This document shows, piece after piece, positions 1 through 12,720 of a DNA stretch of 64,000 bases. The DNA is from Botryllus schlosseri (taxonomy: Eukaryota), in assembly GCA_051294905.1 (NCBI GenBank), contig CM119371.1, positions 17,672,001 to 17,736,000 on the forward strand, given 5' to 3'. Numbering within the stretch: position 1 is the first letter of the stretch; every line of letters starts with the position of its first letter. The translations under genes were made by a program, and so were the position numbers. The notes beneath the pieces were generated by a model that worked only from the letters and a program-made list of their open reading frames with translations, did no database searches and had not been told where the DNA came from.

Positions 1-3000
1 TAAATTGAATGAATTATGGGTGATCAATTCATATTATGTTACCATGAAACTATTTTTCAGGATTTTTCTTTCAAGCAGTCTGATTATTGACTCAGCTGCA
101 TTTCATGGATAGAAAAGTTCAGCCTAACTGATTCAGAATTGTGATTTGAAATTTTCCACTCATCAGCAATTTTTGAATATATATATGCAATTGCTAATGC
201 CTGTTACTTTTTGAAATTTGGCGTATCCAATGTATAGGTTGGGAATGAGACTTTGTGTTGGTGTACAGAGCTCCACAGTGTGAAGTTGTAAGTTCGTAAC
301 CGATTTTTTTTTATGACGCTGTTGAGCAACATTGACGAATGTGCTAATTTGATACCATTGATATATCTGTTCTCAGTATGGAACGATTCTACGGCATCCA
401 CGGTCTGCAGAAAATATGATCTGAAAACAAGGTACAACAGAAAATAAAACAGACAAAGTACTCCATGTGGTTCAGATGCTGATTGTTCAACTGTCCAGGA
501 CGATCTTCATTTAAATTAAAATAAACCCGAATATTTTCAGCTGACACTTATCAGGCGTGATCGTCAGCAACTAGTACATAATTGTTGTTGCTAGCAATTA
601 TCCCCGATGAGTGCCAGCCGAACATATTGGGATTTATTTCAATATGATTTTATTGTATGTTTGAGCTCTGTACCTTCAATAGTCTATTCAGTTTTCAATA
701 AAGATTATTCAATTTACAAGATATTTGTATTGAGAGACGCTGCCGGTCGGTATTAGTGTAAAAAGCCAACACACCACGTCAAGGTTCCAACCTTTGCATT
801 GGTTTCCTTGGCGACAGAAGGAACCCCTATGGGAATAGGCAGCACTCGTCCCATAGGGGAAAAAAAAACTGTTTGGAGAAAGGCTAATTTTCACCTTCTT
901 TAGATACCTCCTTCAATCCATCACGTAACCCTTTTGAATATTTAGAAATTTTGGCTTGCTTTTTCTGAAAGGCATAGCGAACAAAACTATGTTAAAAATC
1001 CTACTAAAGTGCATCACGGACTTTTCCAGTACATCCTCCACGATCTCCACACTTTCATATATCTGTAACACTATTAAGTCAACCAACTTTTGATATCACT
1101 GGTCTTGACGAAATTGTCCGAGGATACTGTTTACTGTTTGTTTTGATGCTTCCTTTCCATGGAGAATGAAAATCTGAATAGTATACCAGTGAACTTACCT
1201 GACGGATATTTTAGGCGGTACTTCTTTCTCTCCATTATCTGGAAAAATTTGCCAGCACGGCATGTAAAAACCACTTCAGGTTGATGTATAATATTTGAAA
1301 TGTACTCAAGTAAGTAGTTACTGTTGCAATCCCTCTTTATGCCTGTTTATGGCATTTTAAATCATACACATGATGGCTAATCCCTAACTAAAATCTTACT
1401 TTACAAAATTGAGAGTGCAAAAAGTAAGTACTTTTGCCTCACCTTTACTGTAAGTTAACAGGTAGTGAAAAAAATAACAACCGGTAGTACAGGTAAGTGG
1501 GTAAAATCTACTAGAGTAAGCCTATATCGGCTACTTAGAAAATGCAGAAGCAGGGCCTACTTTGTTACTGACCACCTCAGGAATTATTACGCATCTCGAG
1601 AGCCCAAATTAATGAATACCATATTTACGTCAAAAGTGAATATCAAACCATCTACTATTTAGACAATATTTTGCAAATGATAATTCCTTACCGGACTCAT
1701 GCCGAGTGACACCAAAAGCAGAAGTAATAGGCTCCTCCTCTTACACGCACCAACTCATCGAAAACCTTTAGCAAAACCATTGCAGCACCTAATTGTGGAA
1801 AGCCAGACAACGAAGAAGCTTGGTGGCAAATGTTAGTATAATATTGGTAAAACTGGTTCAATCACGCCAACTCCACAATATCTGGAATTAAGCTCCTCTA
1901 TGAATGACGAAATAGAATCTAGATCAGTGGTTCCCAACCTTTTTATCCTAATTCCCCACTTCCGATTTATTCCGAGCCTTTATTCCCCACCTAAAATCTC
2001 TATATCCATATCTACCCTTTAAAGTGCTACCTCCAATAAAATTCTGCGAGCCTTTGCTTACGTGCTATTGGTGATTGTTAATATCCCTGGAATTGATCAG
2101 CACACAATAAAATGCAGCGGTGAACTGGTAACCGTAAACACGCCTCCGTAAATATATGTATCTCCGCCGGCGCGCAGCCAACAGAAAAATAGGAGGGGTT
2201 TGAAAAGTTTCCAAATGTTGCGGGGTAGCATCAATTTTCATAAGTAATTAAATGCCGAATAAACTTCCTGATGTTGACGAACTCATGCGTGCTATATATA
2301 TATATATATAAGCCGCCGATAACTACACTTTCGCACAATACTAAAAGAACTTGAAATAACATAAATATGTAATTTCATTTGTAACGAGCCCGAATGTGCT
2401 ATCAATTAGCGAGTCCACGATCCCCCTTGAATACATATTCATTGTTCAGCAATATGAGCTCTTATTACAACTAATCAAAATTGTTCTATCACTACGCTTC
2501 GTGACCGATTATGGTGTACAAATGAATAAAATTATTCTGGAGATCGCGTGTTGCTAAGGCAATCGATATCATAATAATCTGACATATCCAATGTAGACTA
2601 CTTAGACGTAGCCTACATATCTCTATCAGCTGAAGGATATTGCGCGAAAATTGGTAGGGCCCTAATACATTCTGTGGACCCAGTTCTACCCTTACAAGCC
2701 AAGGAAAGGCTCGTGTGTGCTGGCTTGTACCGAAGCGCATAGAAAAGGTATCAACAGCGCAGCGTTTCTCTGTGGCGCGGTTGCACATTGCTATTGCCGC
2801 GACGTCAGCTGATCCCACTCTCGCCGCTCGGCCGCATCCTTGCTCTTGAGCTAGTCTCTCGTTTCGCCAGACAGCATTGTTGCGTCACAATGCCAATCTA
2901 CCCGACAATGAATAATTTGGGGCTGATTGTGGGGGTTCCGGGGCCACGAGTGGAATAAAATTTATATTTTCGCAAGCAGTACAGCGTCAGCGTTCGATTG

Positions 3001-6000
3001 ATACCCGATTCATCAAATGTAATGCTCGGCAAGCCGGTCAAAAATCACCGTCAAATTGCCTGTAGCCGAATGGAAACTGTGACGTGCTACAATTTCATTG
3101 AACCGTGCGATTTGCTTGTGTCGACACCATATAGGACACTATGGTAGGTTAGTTATCTTTATCTATAATCCATCTTGACCTAGTGTGCCCGATCTCACAG
3201 TTCTTTTCGATGTTGATCTAAAGCGAAATATGATTCAATGTACAGCCAGGCATTAGCGAAAGGATGGGGAAATCATCATGTCAGCTACAGCCTGAAACGA
3301 GGCTTGTTTCATAGCGAAACTGAGAACACAAAAATAACACACGCGCACTTCTCAACTTAAAGGGGCACTGCACTCAAAAAATGATGTGGTCTCAAATGGA
3401 AAGGCAAAACGAAAAAAAAAATTTGGCCGCAGCCGTTTTCTTCAGAACGCCACCATAATGGAGCTGCAATTTATTGAAATTTCCAGAAACACATCCGGCT
3501 GCAACTGTCGCGGCTCTGGGTCATTTCTCAACCCGTTACATCACTTACATGGCACGATGACTTCATCGTCGCACTTGCTCGGCGCGATTAGGCAGTCACG
3601 CAGAGGACGTCAGGACGAACTTTGTATAGTTGTCAGTCGATGTTATGAAGGAATCATGCCTTGCACACCAAGGCGGCGCTCGACGTACGATGTTAAAAGT
3701 CAGGAGGATTTGTGTCTGGAGCTTGTCATGACTTTATAGTATTTGCTAGTTGACTGATGCCACTACAGTTGTATATTGATACAGCTGTCATTTTCAAGAT
3801 GTATTAATGACTGCACAGTGCACAATCGTGATTTATGATAATTCTCCTGATATGCTGATCTGGGGGGATTACGGCACGTGTTGTGGTCACAGAATGTGAA
3901 AGCGCGACTTGAAAGCGCAACTTGAAAGCGCGACGTTCAGCTCTCCGTCGCGAGTGCAGTAGCACCAGCCATGTAGATCTGGATTGCGTGATTGACGCAC
4001 GTGTAAGAAATAGAATCGAAGTAGGTCGTTGAAGAAGTTAGAATATATGAATTATAAGGAAATTGTTAGGTTTTTTATATAAATTGCAGTCTACGCTATT
4101 TGTTCGGGGTTTATTTGGATCATTTTTAATTTAATTACTATTTAACTCTGTTAAATGCAAGCAAGTTTCTGCCGGCTTTTTACTAGTGTGTGCTTTTTCG
4201 GGTTGCCGCATCGATTTCTAACGCACTGTCGTCTATACTCCATCGTAGATCACGCCTCTTCAGCGATAGCTAAATTACTGGTTCTGGCGTAAACTATTTC
4301 CCGTCGGGTGTACAATATGTGGATGCATCTATTTATTACGTTATTTTAATGTATTAGCATGTTTCTAAGCCACGGTTGGAGTTGAGCGGGGTTTTAGGAT
4401 GGTACTTGACTATACACCATGTCGTTTCGATTACCTCCATTCTTGTACCCGTATCACAATTCTAATGGTATTTTGGATTTATAAAAATATTCTAACTCAG
4501 TGCTTTTCAACCTGTGTGACGGTTCGCACTTGTGCGAATGAAAAAAATCGAATTGCGAATGACGAAGGTGGTGCGAATGGTGCAAATGAAAATCCGGATC
4601 AAGTGCGAACGAAAATCGGGATTATTTGTTAATTTTTTTGTCGTAGAATAATTCATATAAACCTAATAAGAAAATTGACTGTCTGTGTACCTTTTATAGT
4701 TGCGACGCAATTGTATAAACCTAGCACTAATCGTAGCTCTCATAAGGTTTAGTGAATTAATATATTCGCACTATAATTATTACGTAACCAGAATCCTGCT
4801 GGTTTGGAAGCTGGTGTAGTGGCAGACATAAAGTATATCAGCCCGTCGGGGCCTGCGACAGGCTGAAAAAATGACGTCAAATTAACTCTCTGCTTTCATT
4901 CGCTAAACAATCGTCATATTTTCGTATTACCTGTTCGAATAGCGCGAGGCACGAGGATAGTAGTAAATACCATAAATACAGACTCACGTTTGCAAGTTAC
5001 TGTAACGTAAATTTTTACCCGTTCAAGGGTTATTAAAGTCTGGACCGCAAAGGGTATAATTGTGGATCGACACCTTGCCAGAGCTATCTGTTGATATGTG
5101 TGTAATATTTGTTGAATTTATTGCAAAATACTGCTATAGTTTTTACATATACAAGGTCACTGTGTTGTTTCTTGTAGCCAATAAGAGAGACACGCAGAAA
5201 ATATGGCTTTATCACTAGAATTTATGATAAGAATTGTCTGACTGTTTTTCCCGAAAACATGGTCGAAGACCGTTGGGATGAACTAGTGTAGGGGTGGGCA
5301 ACGATCGAGTTCAGGCCTATGAGACTCATTCATTTCGAGGCTGACCTCTTCCGCCTCGGGGCACATGAATACGTAAAGTTTGGCCAACAAACCGCTGATA
5401 AAATGTGGTGCCAAAAACATAAGCGGCGACAAAACTTTAGTCTAAAGATGACCGATGCTAAATGGCTAAGCCTTTCGAGATGGCTTGGTATGCTCCGTTG
5501 TCGGCACGGAATAGTCCCGTTCTAGCAATCTGAGTAGACGCAGTGGTAAAGCGGCGACACGCAAAGGACTTAAGTTGCCCTAATTTGAAATTGCGTGCGT
5601 CGGACGTGTTTTGAGAGCTGTGTTGGGTAAGATTGTGGTGTGCGCGATCTGTATGTCATACATGCCCGTAACATCATAGCATACAACCATAACATTAAAA
5701 TGAATTCCATTTCATGGGTTAGGCTAGGGTCGCGAGATGCCACAAAACTCAGATTTTGGTGGTAGTCTAAAAGCTGCTTTACCGTTATTATACTATTATG
5801 AATTCTCAAGTTAGATTGAGCTAATGAGTCGAACACACAGTGACACAGTATCGTGAGTTTATTTTTCTTCGCATATACCCGCGAGACGGAAGTTGGAGCA
5901 ACGTATGAACATATCATGAGGTACAGAGCTATAATGTGCCTACCTCTTTCATCGTTTTTCATCTTTTGTTCCAAGACATAAGGCCAAAGCCTCAACAAAA

Positions 6001-6587
6001 ACATGTGGGCTTTTCATTCTTTCGACAAACTGGAGCCTACGGGGCCTTTGTGTCCGCTCTCAAAAACGATTTCTGCCAACAAGCATTTTTCACTCGTGAA
6101 AAATACGCTGTATTTTGGATATGAGTGTTGAATAGATTTTAAGGCCTGAGAGACGTTCTTGTACAAAACCCAACAACATTGCTTGGTCGAGAAGGGTTTT
6201 AGTGAATAGTTGAAATCAAAACGAGCGATTGCCTTTTTAATGACACACCTGATAGCTTAAGCTACATAGTAGCCAATTTATTGCACATCTGTAAAAAATG
6301 TTAAGTATCGTCATCTTCTTTTTGTATCACAATTTTCGATTGGTTTGTGCGAATGAAATTTATTTTACAAAAAATAAATGCAAATGGAGCTCGAAAAGGT
6401 TTAAAAGCACTGTTCTAACGGAATGATAAGTGGGTGTCATTTAAATTTTGAAATCCGTCAAATAAGTTGCGTGAATTTTTGAAGCACTACTTGACTGTTC
6501 TTGTTGTTGCTGGATGCAATTTAAACAGCGATTTTAACTCAATGGTTTTGTTCGCTAGGCTGTAATATATATCCATTGTATTTGGCT

Positions 6588-8207
6588 ATGACAAGATCTA
6601 TTTATTTCGATCCGAGAGAACATGCATCATCGCAGCAGATGAAACAAGACGGTGTTTGCCATGATTTCATAATTCAAGTCGAGAATGATGAATATCACAC
6701 TCATCAAAAGACATTGTCTGATGCTTCGGATTATTTCAGAGCGATGTTCAGGCACGATACAAAAGAGAGTCGCGAAAGGCGGGTGATTTTGAAAGGTGTG
6801 GATTCTGAATGTGTACAAAACTGCATCGAATTCATGTATGATGGGGAATATGAAATTCCGAAAGGAAAGATGTACGACTTTCTCCACGTCGCAGTCATGA
6901 TGCTGCTAGATGACGTTAAAAAGGCATTATGTGACGTTATGACTGATTCGTTGACTGTCAGCAATTACATCTCCACGAAGCATGTAGCCGACATGTATGG
7001 GCTTGATGACCTGTCAGCAAAATGCAGATCTTACTTCCGACGAAATGTCTCGGAAATCTTCAACCAACCGGGATTTGAAAACACCGAGATGTCCGACCTT
7101 CGTGACCTTTTGAAGGCGAAAGAATCAGGAATATGTGAGGAGGACAAGTTGACCTTCACACTCATGTGGATTGAGAAGAATCCACGAATGAAATATATGC
7201 TGCGTCAATGCATTGATATGGTCAATTTGGGTCGTGTCTCTACGGCATTTCTACAAAATCTATTAAATACCAATCCGCTCATCAGCAACGACACTGAGTT
7301 ATACAAGCTGATTAATGGCCATCTTATGTCCCATCACATGACAATGGTCCGCAGAGATGAGTACTTTAACAATACCAAAAGAATGATACTGTTTGACTAT
7401 GATGCGAATCGTATCCGGTCATTGCATTTAATAACAGGAAAAATCTCAAAGTTCCGTTATGCTAAATTTCGGCATTTCGGAAATTTTTCCGTAATATTAC
7501 TTGAGTCCCACTTTTACATTTTGTGTAAGGATAAATCCGTATACCGAATCAATTTTCGAGACAATAATTCAAAATGGGAGAGAATGAAAGATATGATATC
7601 CGGACATGGGATATGGCCCCCCTCTGTTGCTTTGTTGGGATCGATATTTGTTATTGGAGGTAGCATGTCTGGATCGTCTAATATTGTTGATGGATTCAAC
7701 CCGTCTTCAAACCGATGGCTTCAACTAAAGAACAAACCCACAGCGGTTTCCGATCCGAGCCTCGTATCATTGAATGGCTCCGTATATTGTGTCGGAGGTA
7801 AAGGACCAGATTGCGTCGCAACTTCCTCATTCTGCAAATTTACTCCGTCCTCGTCAGAGTGGGTTGACCTCAAGCCAATGAGATATCCGAAGTGGGGCAG
7901 TGGTGTTCTCGCGTCTGGCCAGAAGATATTCGCGATCGGCGGCTGCACATTGCGGAAGAAATTGACAAATGTAGAGTGTTATGATGTCACGTCGTCTCAG
8001 TGGACTTCACTGTCGCCTATGAATAATGGTCATGGTTGGAATACTGCCATGCGCGTTGACAACTGGATATTTTCTGTACCAGTGTGTAAGTCTGTGTCTT
8101 CTCATCCATTTGAGAAGTATGATTTACTAAACGACATATGGCAGAGTAAAGAATTACGTGGTGTACATCGATGTAAAGCTTACGCAGCCATGCTCGTATC
8201 GCAGTAG
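6588..8207 (+). CDS. BTB-BACK-Kelch (KLHL-like) protein, copy 1, single coding exon, ~539 aa
   Basis: BTB motif (DFIIQVENDEYHTHQKTLSDASDYFRAMF), BACK region, and Kelch blades with GG motifs (IFVIGG, VYCVGG, IFAIGG) and conserved W. First ATG is at 6588 (track start 6576 is TTG). A candidate splice acceptor TTCGCTAG ends at 6558. Confidence 0.93.
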   Translation: MTRSIYFDPREHASSQQMKQDGVCHDFIIQVENDEYHTHQKTLSDASDYFRAMFRHDTKESRERRVILKGVDSECVQNCIEFMYDGEYEIPKGKMYDFLHVAVMMLLDDVKKALCDVMTDSLTVSNYISTKHVADMYGLDDLSAKCRSYFRRNVSEIFNQPGFENTEMSDLRDLLKAKESGICEEDKLTFTLMWIEKNPRMKYMLRQCIDMVNLGRVSTAFLQNLLNTNPLISNDTELYKLINGHLMSHHMTMVRRDEYFNNTKRMILFDYDANRIRSLHLITGKISKFRYAKFRHFGNFSVILLESHFYILCKDKSVYRINFRDNNSKWERMKDMISGHGIWPPSVALLGSIFVIGGSMSGSSNIVDGFNPSSNRWLQLKNKPTAVSDPSLVSLNGSVYCVGGKGPDCVATSSFCKFTPSSSEWVDLKPMRYPKWGSGVLASGQKIFAIGGCTLRKKLTNVECYDVTSSQWTSLSPMNNGHGWNTAMRVDNWIFSVPVCKSVSSHPFEKYDLLNDIWQSKELRGVHRCKAYAAMLVSQ

Positions 8208-10048
8208 ACTTTGCAGTTCTTTAATAACATCAACAAATATTGATGATGCATTTTAGTCCTTTCTTGTTATTTTGTGAGGTTGACAGTCTGTGATCATGAT
8301 CACCATACCCGTATACTATTGCTTGGTGTTACTAGCCTTCGGTAAATCGTATCTGTCTGTGTTCTCAATTATAGGCTTCCTAACCAATTTTTAAGAAAAT
8401 TATGACATTGTTATCACGTTTATTATGTTATACCATTGTATGCATAATTTTTAATCGTAATCCTGCTATAGGTCTAATTGTTTCTCTGGTTGATTATACT
8501 ACCATATCTATGCCTGCTACTGCAAGACAAACATGGCTTTCGTTCTGATTCTCCTTTCCGGTATGTTAACTGGTGATAATAAAGCGACAATATAGCTACG
8601 CAAACATTCAATGTCGTGATAACGGAATATATTGCCGGGTAGATAGGTGATTAAATTAAACACCAAAGAAAGTGGCTTCGAACCCAGGTTCTGCCTTATC
8701 TTCTATGTGTCGAAGGTTTATGATTGAAGCTTCTCATCACTGACCTTCGTGCCAATGCAGTGTATATACAAAAGACGACAGTGGTGGTGAACCGAGCCAA
8801 AAAAGACGACAGTAAAATTTAAGATATAAGTCGTACTAAATACATAGTCGTGGTGCACATGACCCAATTTCAGTGTGGGTGCACTGGGTACTGACTACCG
8901 AGTTGGAATTTCAGTTGAATTGAAAATTATGGCTCACAAATACAAATCTAGTCACTAACGCTCTGCAGAATGCTACCTTTGGATTTGTCACAAAGCTTAC
9001 GTTTTGAGATTCTGTAAATATATTGGTAACTCAAGAAGTTATTGATCGAGATTCACTTGCTCACCCCAAGTCAACTTCCAATAAGTCACATGCGACTAAT
9101 CACAAATCACCAATATGATCAACCAACTGTGCTGATACGATCTGCTTGACGACAGTTGACCGCAAAATAAAACAGTTGAATATTATTGTATGACGCATTC
9201 GACACGCGGTTATGTGGCTCTTCAGACTCGCAGGCTTCATCCACAGTGTCTGGGAAGGGTGCTGAAGGTGGGGCACTTTAATGACATATGGAAAAGGTGC
9301 GGTTAGCTGCATTTACGCATTGAAATAGTGTGATCAGGTCGGAATTATGTGTTATCCGAACGTAAGAGTCAGCAATACATCATTCCATGCCACATTTACT
9401 GATTTCATGATTGCTAGGGTGATTATAGTCATATTTGGACTTCGGAATTATTGAGTCGTAGTTGAGTCGGAATAAGATATATCCGATCATCATTGCCGAG
9501 CCAAAACCTCCAGTCCACATAGCTCGTTCAGGCGTCTCTGAAATGCTGAGATTCCTGGCAACATTTCTCCCGTATTTACCGCCGCATAGCGCCAGCTGGC
9601 GGAGTTCTTCTTCAAAATCTGTGGACTTTTCGAAATTATGAAAAATTGTATTAAAATAAAACAGTTTTGCACCGCAAGTGTGTCTGGACGGGACGTATAT
9701 ATTTACAAATTTGGTAAGATAAGGATCTCATCATCCTAAAATAAAGCAAAGTGGATCGAGTCTCATGAATTCGATTCGACACCTTCCTATCTTTCATTGT
9801 ATCGCGGTCTTGTGGTGTAGCCTATTGAAACGATGAAATTGTTAGCAATAAATTGAATTGAAATTAAACTAGAGGCCTACTTAAAAATGTTTGTAAAATT
9901 TGCCTACACTGGCGTAATCGCCATGAGAAGGTTTGTCGTAGAAGCGTCAATGCTGCATGTGTGAAATAAATAAATTACCTAAATAGGTTCCTTGTGGTAC
10001 AGAATTTAAATATTGCAACGAACAACACATTCATATTCGCAATTTATT

Positions 10049-10093
10049 CACTATAAGCTTTTCAACTGACCCTCGTCGGTAGTGGCCGTCAGT
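10049..10093 (-). ncRNA. Putative minimal type I hammerhead ribozyme in the PLE 3' pseudo-LTR
   Basis: Minus strand reads ACTGAC-GGC-CACTA-CCGACGA-G-GGTCAGT-T-GAAA-AGCT-TA-TAGTG. Helix I is CACTA/TAGTG, the core is CCGACGA (U4C variant) plus GAAA, with a palindromic AGCT loop 3 and a UA cleavage site. Confidence 0.68.
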
Positions 10094-10275
10094 ATAATGC
10101 GGAGATTGCAATTCGAAATACAAAGATGAAATAGGTAGTGTGACGTAAGAATGGTATAACAACAACAACGAGATAAATCACAAAACGAGAGCGTTAAGCT
10201 AAAAACGAGAGCGTTAAGCAAAAATGCAATTACTGCAATACAAATTGGCTATAATATATAGCCAGAGACGCGACA

Positions 10276-11400
10276 CTAATGAAATACACGGAGAGAATAG
10301 AGTCGGTCCTTTTGCCGACAAAGAATCCGTTGCTCGAGTTTAATTATAGTCGACTCGAGAACCTTTAAATGGAACAGACTACGTCCACGAGAAATAATTG
10401 AAAATCTGCTATCTTTATACGATTTTGTACACTCTGGATGCGTAAGAAGGTGCTGACCTATTGCAGAGTTACATGCCATGGTCTGGTCATAGTCGCGCAA
10501 GAAAGGGTTACTTGTCTGCGATTGACTGTCTGAAATAGCATTGACGTCAGGTTTTCTAATCTGCTTGGGCACATGTTGGTTGATTCTTTGTTGCAAACGA
10601 AGTGAAGTACGACCCACATACCGACTGTCGCTGTGGCACGTATAATTGTAAATAATACTACTCTGTTTTGTGGCAGGCAGTACATCCTTCTGTGTTGCAG
10701 GAAAGAGAGATTTTGTGGTGAAAACAATCCTAGGTTGTACCCACATGAAACATTGACTAACAGACGACATGATATGTGCTTCTCAAATCTAACAGAAACT
10801 TTACCAATCCATGGTAAATGTAAATATACTGGACATTTACTGGGTCCAATGAATTTTGTGGCTCTGAAGTCATTTAGTTTTTTGTCAATGGTGGACTTAA
10901 CAATGTGATCCGGGTATCCATTAGACTGGAAGATTTTCCGAATGAAATCTAATTCAGATTCAAGTTCCGACTTACTACAAATCATTAGAGCCCTGTGAAC
11001 AAGCGTTCGTATGAGATTAGTTTTGCGCTTTGTCGGACAAAAAGAATTCCAAGCGATGTATTGGCCAGTGAAAGTGGCTTTACGAAAGACTGAAGTTAGA
11101 AACATATTATTGAACTTTTTTACTAGGACATCAAGGAATGCAAGAGAATTGTTATGCTCTTTTTCCATAGTAAATTTGAGCGACGGATGAAGCTGATTTA
11201 AATGGCTCAAAAATATGTCACATTCCGATTCTTTGTTAAAGACCACGAAAGTGTCATCAACGTACCGAAGGTACATCAGTGGTTTATCAATGTTCCGAAA
11301 TAAGTTTTGCTCGTGATAACCTACGAAAATATTGGCAAGTATAGGACCAAGAGGTGATCCCATAGCCACTCCGTCGATCTGTTTGTATATGACTTCATTG
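10276..11400 (-). pseudogene. Penelope RT + GIY-YIG polyprotein fragment (5'-truncated, one frameshift near 10770)
   Basis: ORF 10458-11369 carries RT and thumb; ORF 10276-10770 in another frame carries GIY-YIG. The frame is open up to the inverted-repeat junction at 11400. Confidence 0.88.
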
Positions 11401-11676
11401 AAGGACCGACTCTATTCTCTCCGTGTAGTTCATTAGTGTCGCGTCTCTGGCTATATATTATAGCCAATTTGTATTGCAGTAATTGCATTTTTGCTTAACG
11501 CTCTCGTTTTGTGATTTATCTCGTTGTTGTTGTTATACCATTCTTACGTCACACTACCTATTTCATCTTTGTATTTCGAATTGCAATCTCCGCATTATAC
11601 TGACGGCCACTACCGACGAGGGTCAGTTGAAAAGCTTATAGTGAATAAATTGCGAATATGAGTGTGTTGTTCGTTG
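11401..11676 (+). repeat. Inverted copy of the PLE 3' end/pseudo-LTR (partner 10016-10311)
   Basis: Reverse complement of 10016-10311 apart from a few substitutions and a 20-bp tandem duplication (AAAACGAGAGCGTTAAGC) present only in the left copy. Confidence 0.93.
11599..11643 (+). ncRNA. Second copy of the putative hammerhead ribozyme (in inverted pseudo-LTR)
   Basis: ACTGACGGCCACTACCGACGAGGGTCAGTTGAAAAGCTTATAGTG, identical to the minus-strand copy at 10049-10093 and followed by AATAAA. Confidence 0.68.
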
Positions 11677-11840
11677 AAATAAATTACCATACACACAAAG
11701 AATAATTTTCAAATAGAGAGTAAGAAGGGCTGGGCGGGGCCGTTCCAATATGAAATCCATATCCAATTCAATTTCTACAAAATTGAGCCGAATCCAATTA
11801 TAATCCTATCAGAATCCGAGCGATGCCCATCGCTCATCAC

Positions 11841-12720
11841 TAGGGCAATTTTTTATTGACCTAAAAAACGGAAGATTTTGACCTAAAAAATCTAAATTGT
11901 GACCTTTTTTGACCTAAAAAAACTGAAATTTGACCAAATTTTGAACTCACGTATGCAAATTAGGTGTTATCGCATATAATGTTAAAATTGTACTACTTAT
12001 CTTCATTTCTGGTTGGAACTGTCTGTCCTTACAAAGTAGATTGGCCTGAAAAAACGTTTTTGGCTCAAAAACTGACAGATTTTTACATGAAAAGCTAGTA
12101 TTTTAACGAAATCTGGCCCTATGAACAATTCCAGTAGTTACATTACGTATTCTGGTCGAAATAATTAAAATTTGTTGTAGTACAACGAAAGATCCTTTCC
12201 TACATTCTCGGGTGGAAAGTGTCTGTCCTTACTACGTAGCTTGCCAAGAACGGAGAAAGAACGTTCAACAGCAGCATTTGTTGGCTGGCAACACTCAAGT
12301 TGTGTGCACACTGCTGGTGACAAACCGTGTTGCTTCATTCTGACAATGTTGTCTATACCACAATTTTTCAGCTTGCGCTTCTTGATATAAGAACCATGCA
12401 ATGTCCAAGCAGTCTTGCTTCAGCTAGGATATTGCGGTACGTTGATCATAAAACCATGTCACTATTTGTTTCATTTGACCATTTATGATTCACAATGAGC
12501 AGACGATGGTCCGTTTACAACGGTAGGCCTATAAAGTAGGCTACAAGCTGTAAAATATCAAATGATAAGTTCACCGACAGCGCAAAATCCACGATAAAAA
12601 TGAAATGCAGAGATCAAAAAATGTTTGACTTTGTGAACAATTTTGACAAATTTTGTCCTAACGCTACAATTTTGACCTAATTTTGACTTTTTTTTTGACA
12701 TGTCAAAAAAAATTGCCCTA
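11841..12720 (-). mobile_element. Non-autonomous hAT DNA transposon with transposase C-terminal remnant
   Basis: TIRs TAGGGCAATTTTTT / AAAAAATTGCCCTA. 8-bp TSD CTCATCAC (11833-11840, 12721-12728). TTTGACC subterminal repeats. ORF 12165-12401 has the hAT dimerisation-like motif PTNAAVERSFS. Site empty in unit 2 (~21590). Confidence 0.92.

Larger units (their letters stand above)
9980..11676 (-). mobile_element. Penelope-like retroelement, 5'-truncated, with inverted pseudo-LTR
   Basis: RT motifs (QIDGVAMGSPLGPILAN, YLRYVDDTF) and GIY-YIG endonuclease (IIYNYTC...YVGRT..RL..RINQH). 12-bp TSD AAATAAATTACC at 9968-9979 and 11677-11688. The site is empty in the duplicate unit near 21430. Confidence 0.93.

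Noticed and set aside
1..1660. Possible degraded minus-strand exons of a transposon or host gene
   Set aside because: Splice-like signals are present but frames are interrupted by stops and I recognise no domain.
1925..2000. Charlie-type TIR CAGTGGTTCCCAACC
   Set aside because: No matching right TIR or TSD found in the window, so the element cannot be delimited.
3386..6124. Short ORFs repeated at 13891-16558 as conserved genes
   Set aside because: Similarity is explained by the recent duplication; indels between copies shift their frames.
6627..7948. Antisense ORFs over Kelch (and similarly over LINE ORF1/ORF2)
   Set aside because: Shadow frames of the real coding strand with no independent features.
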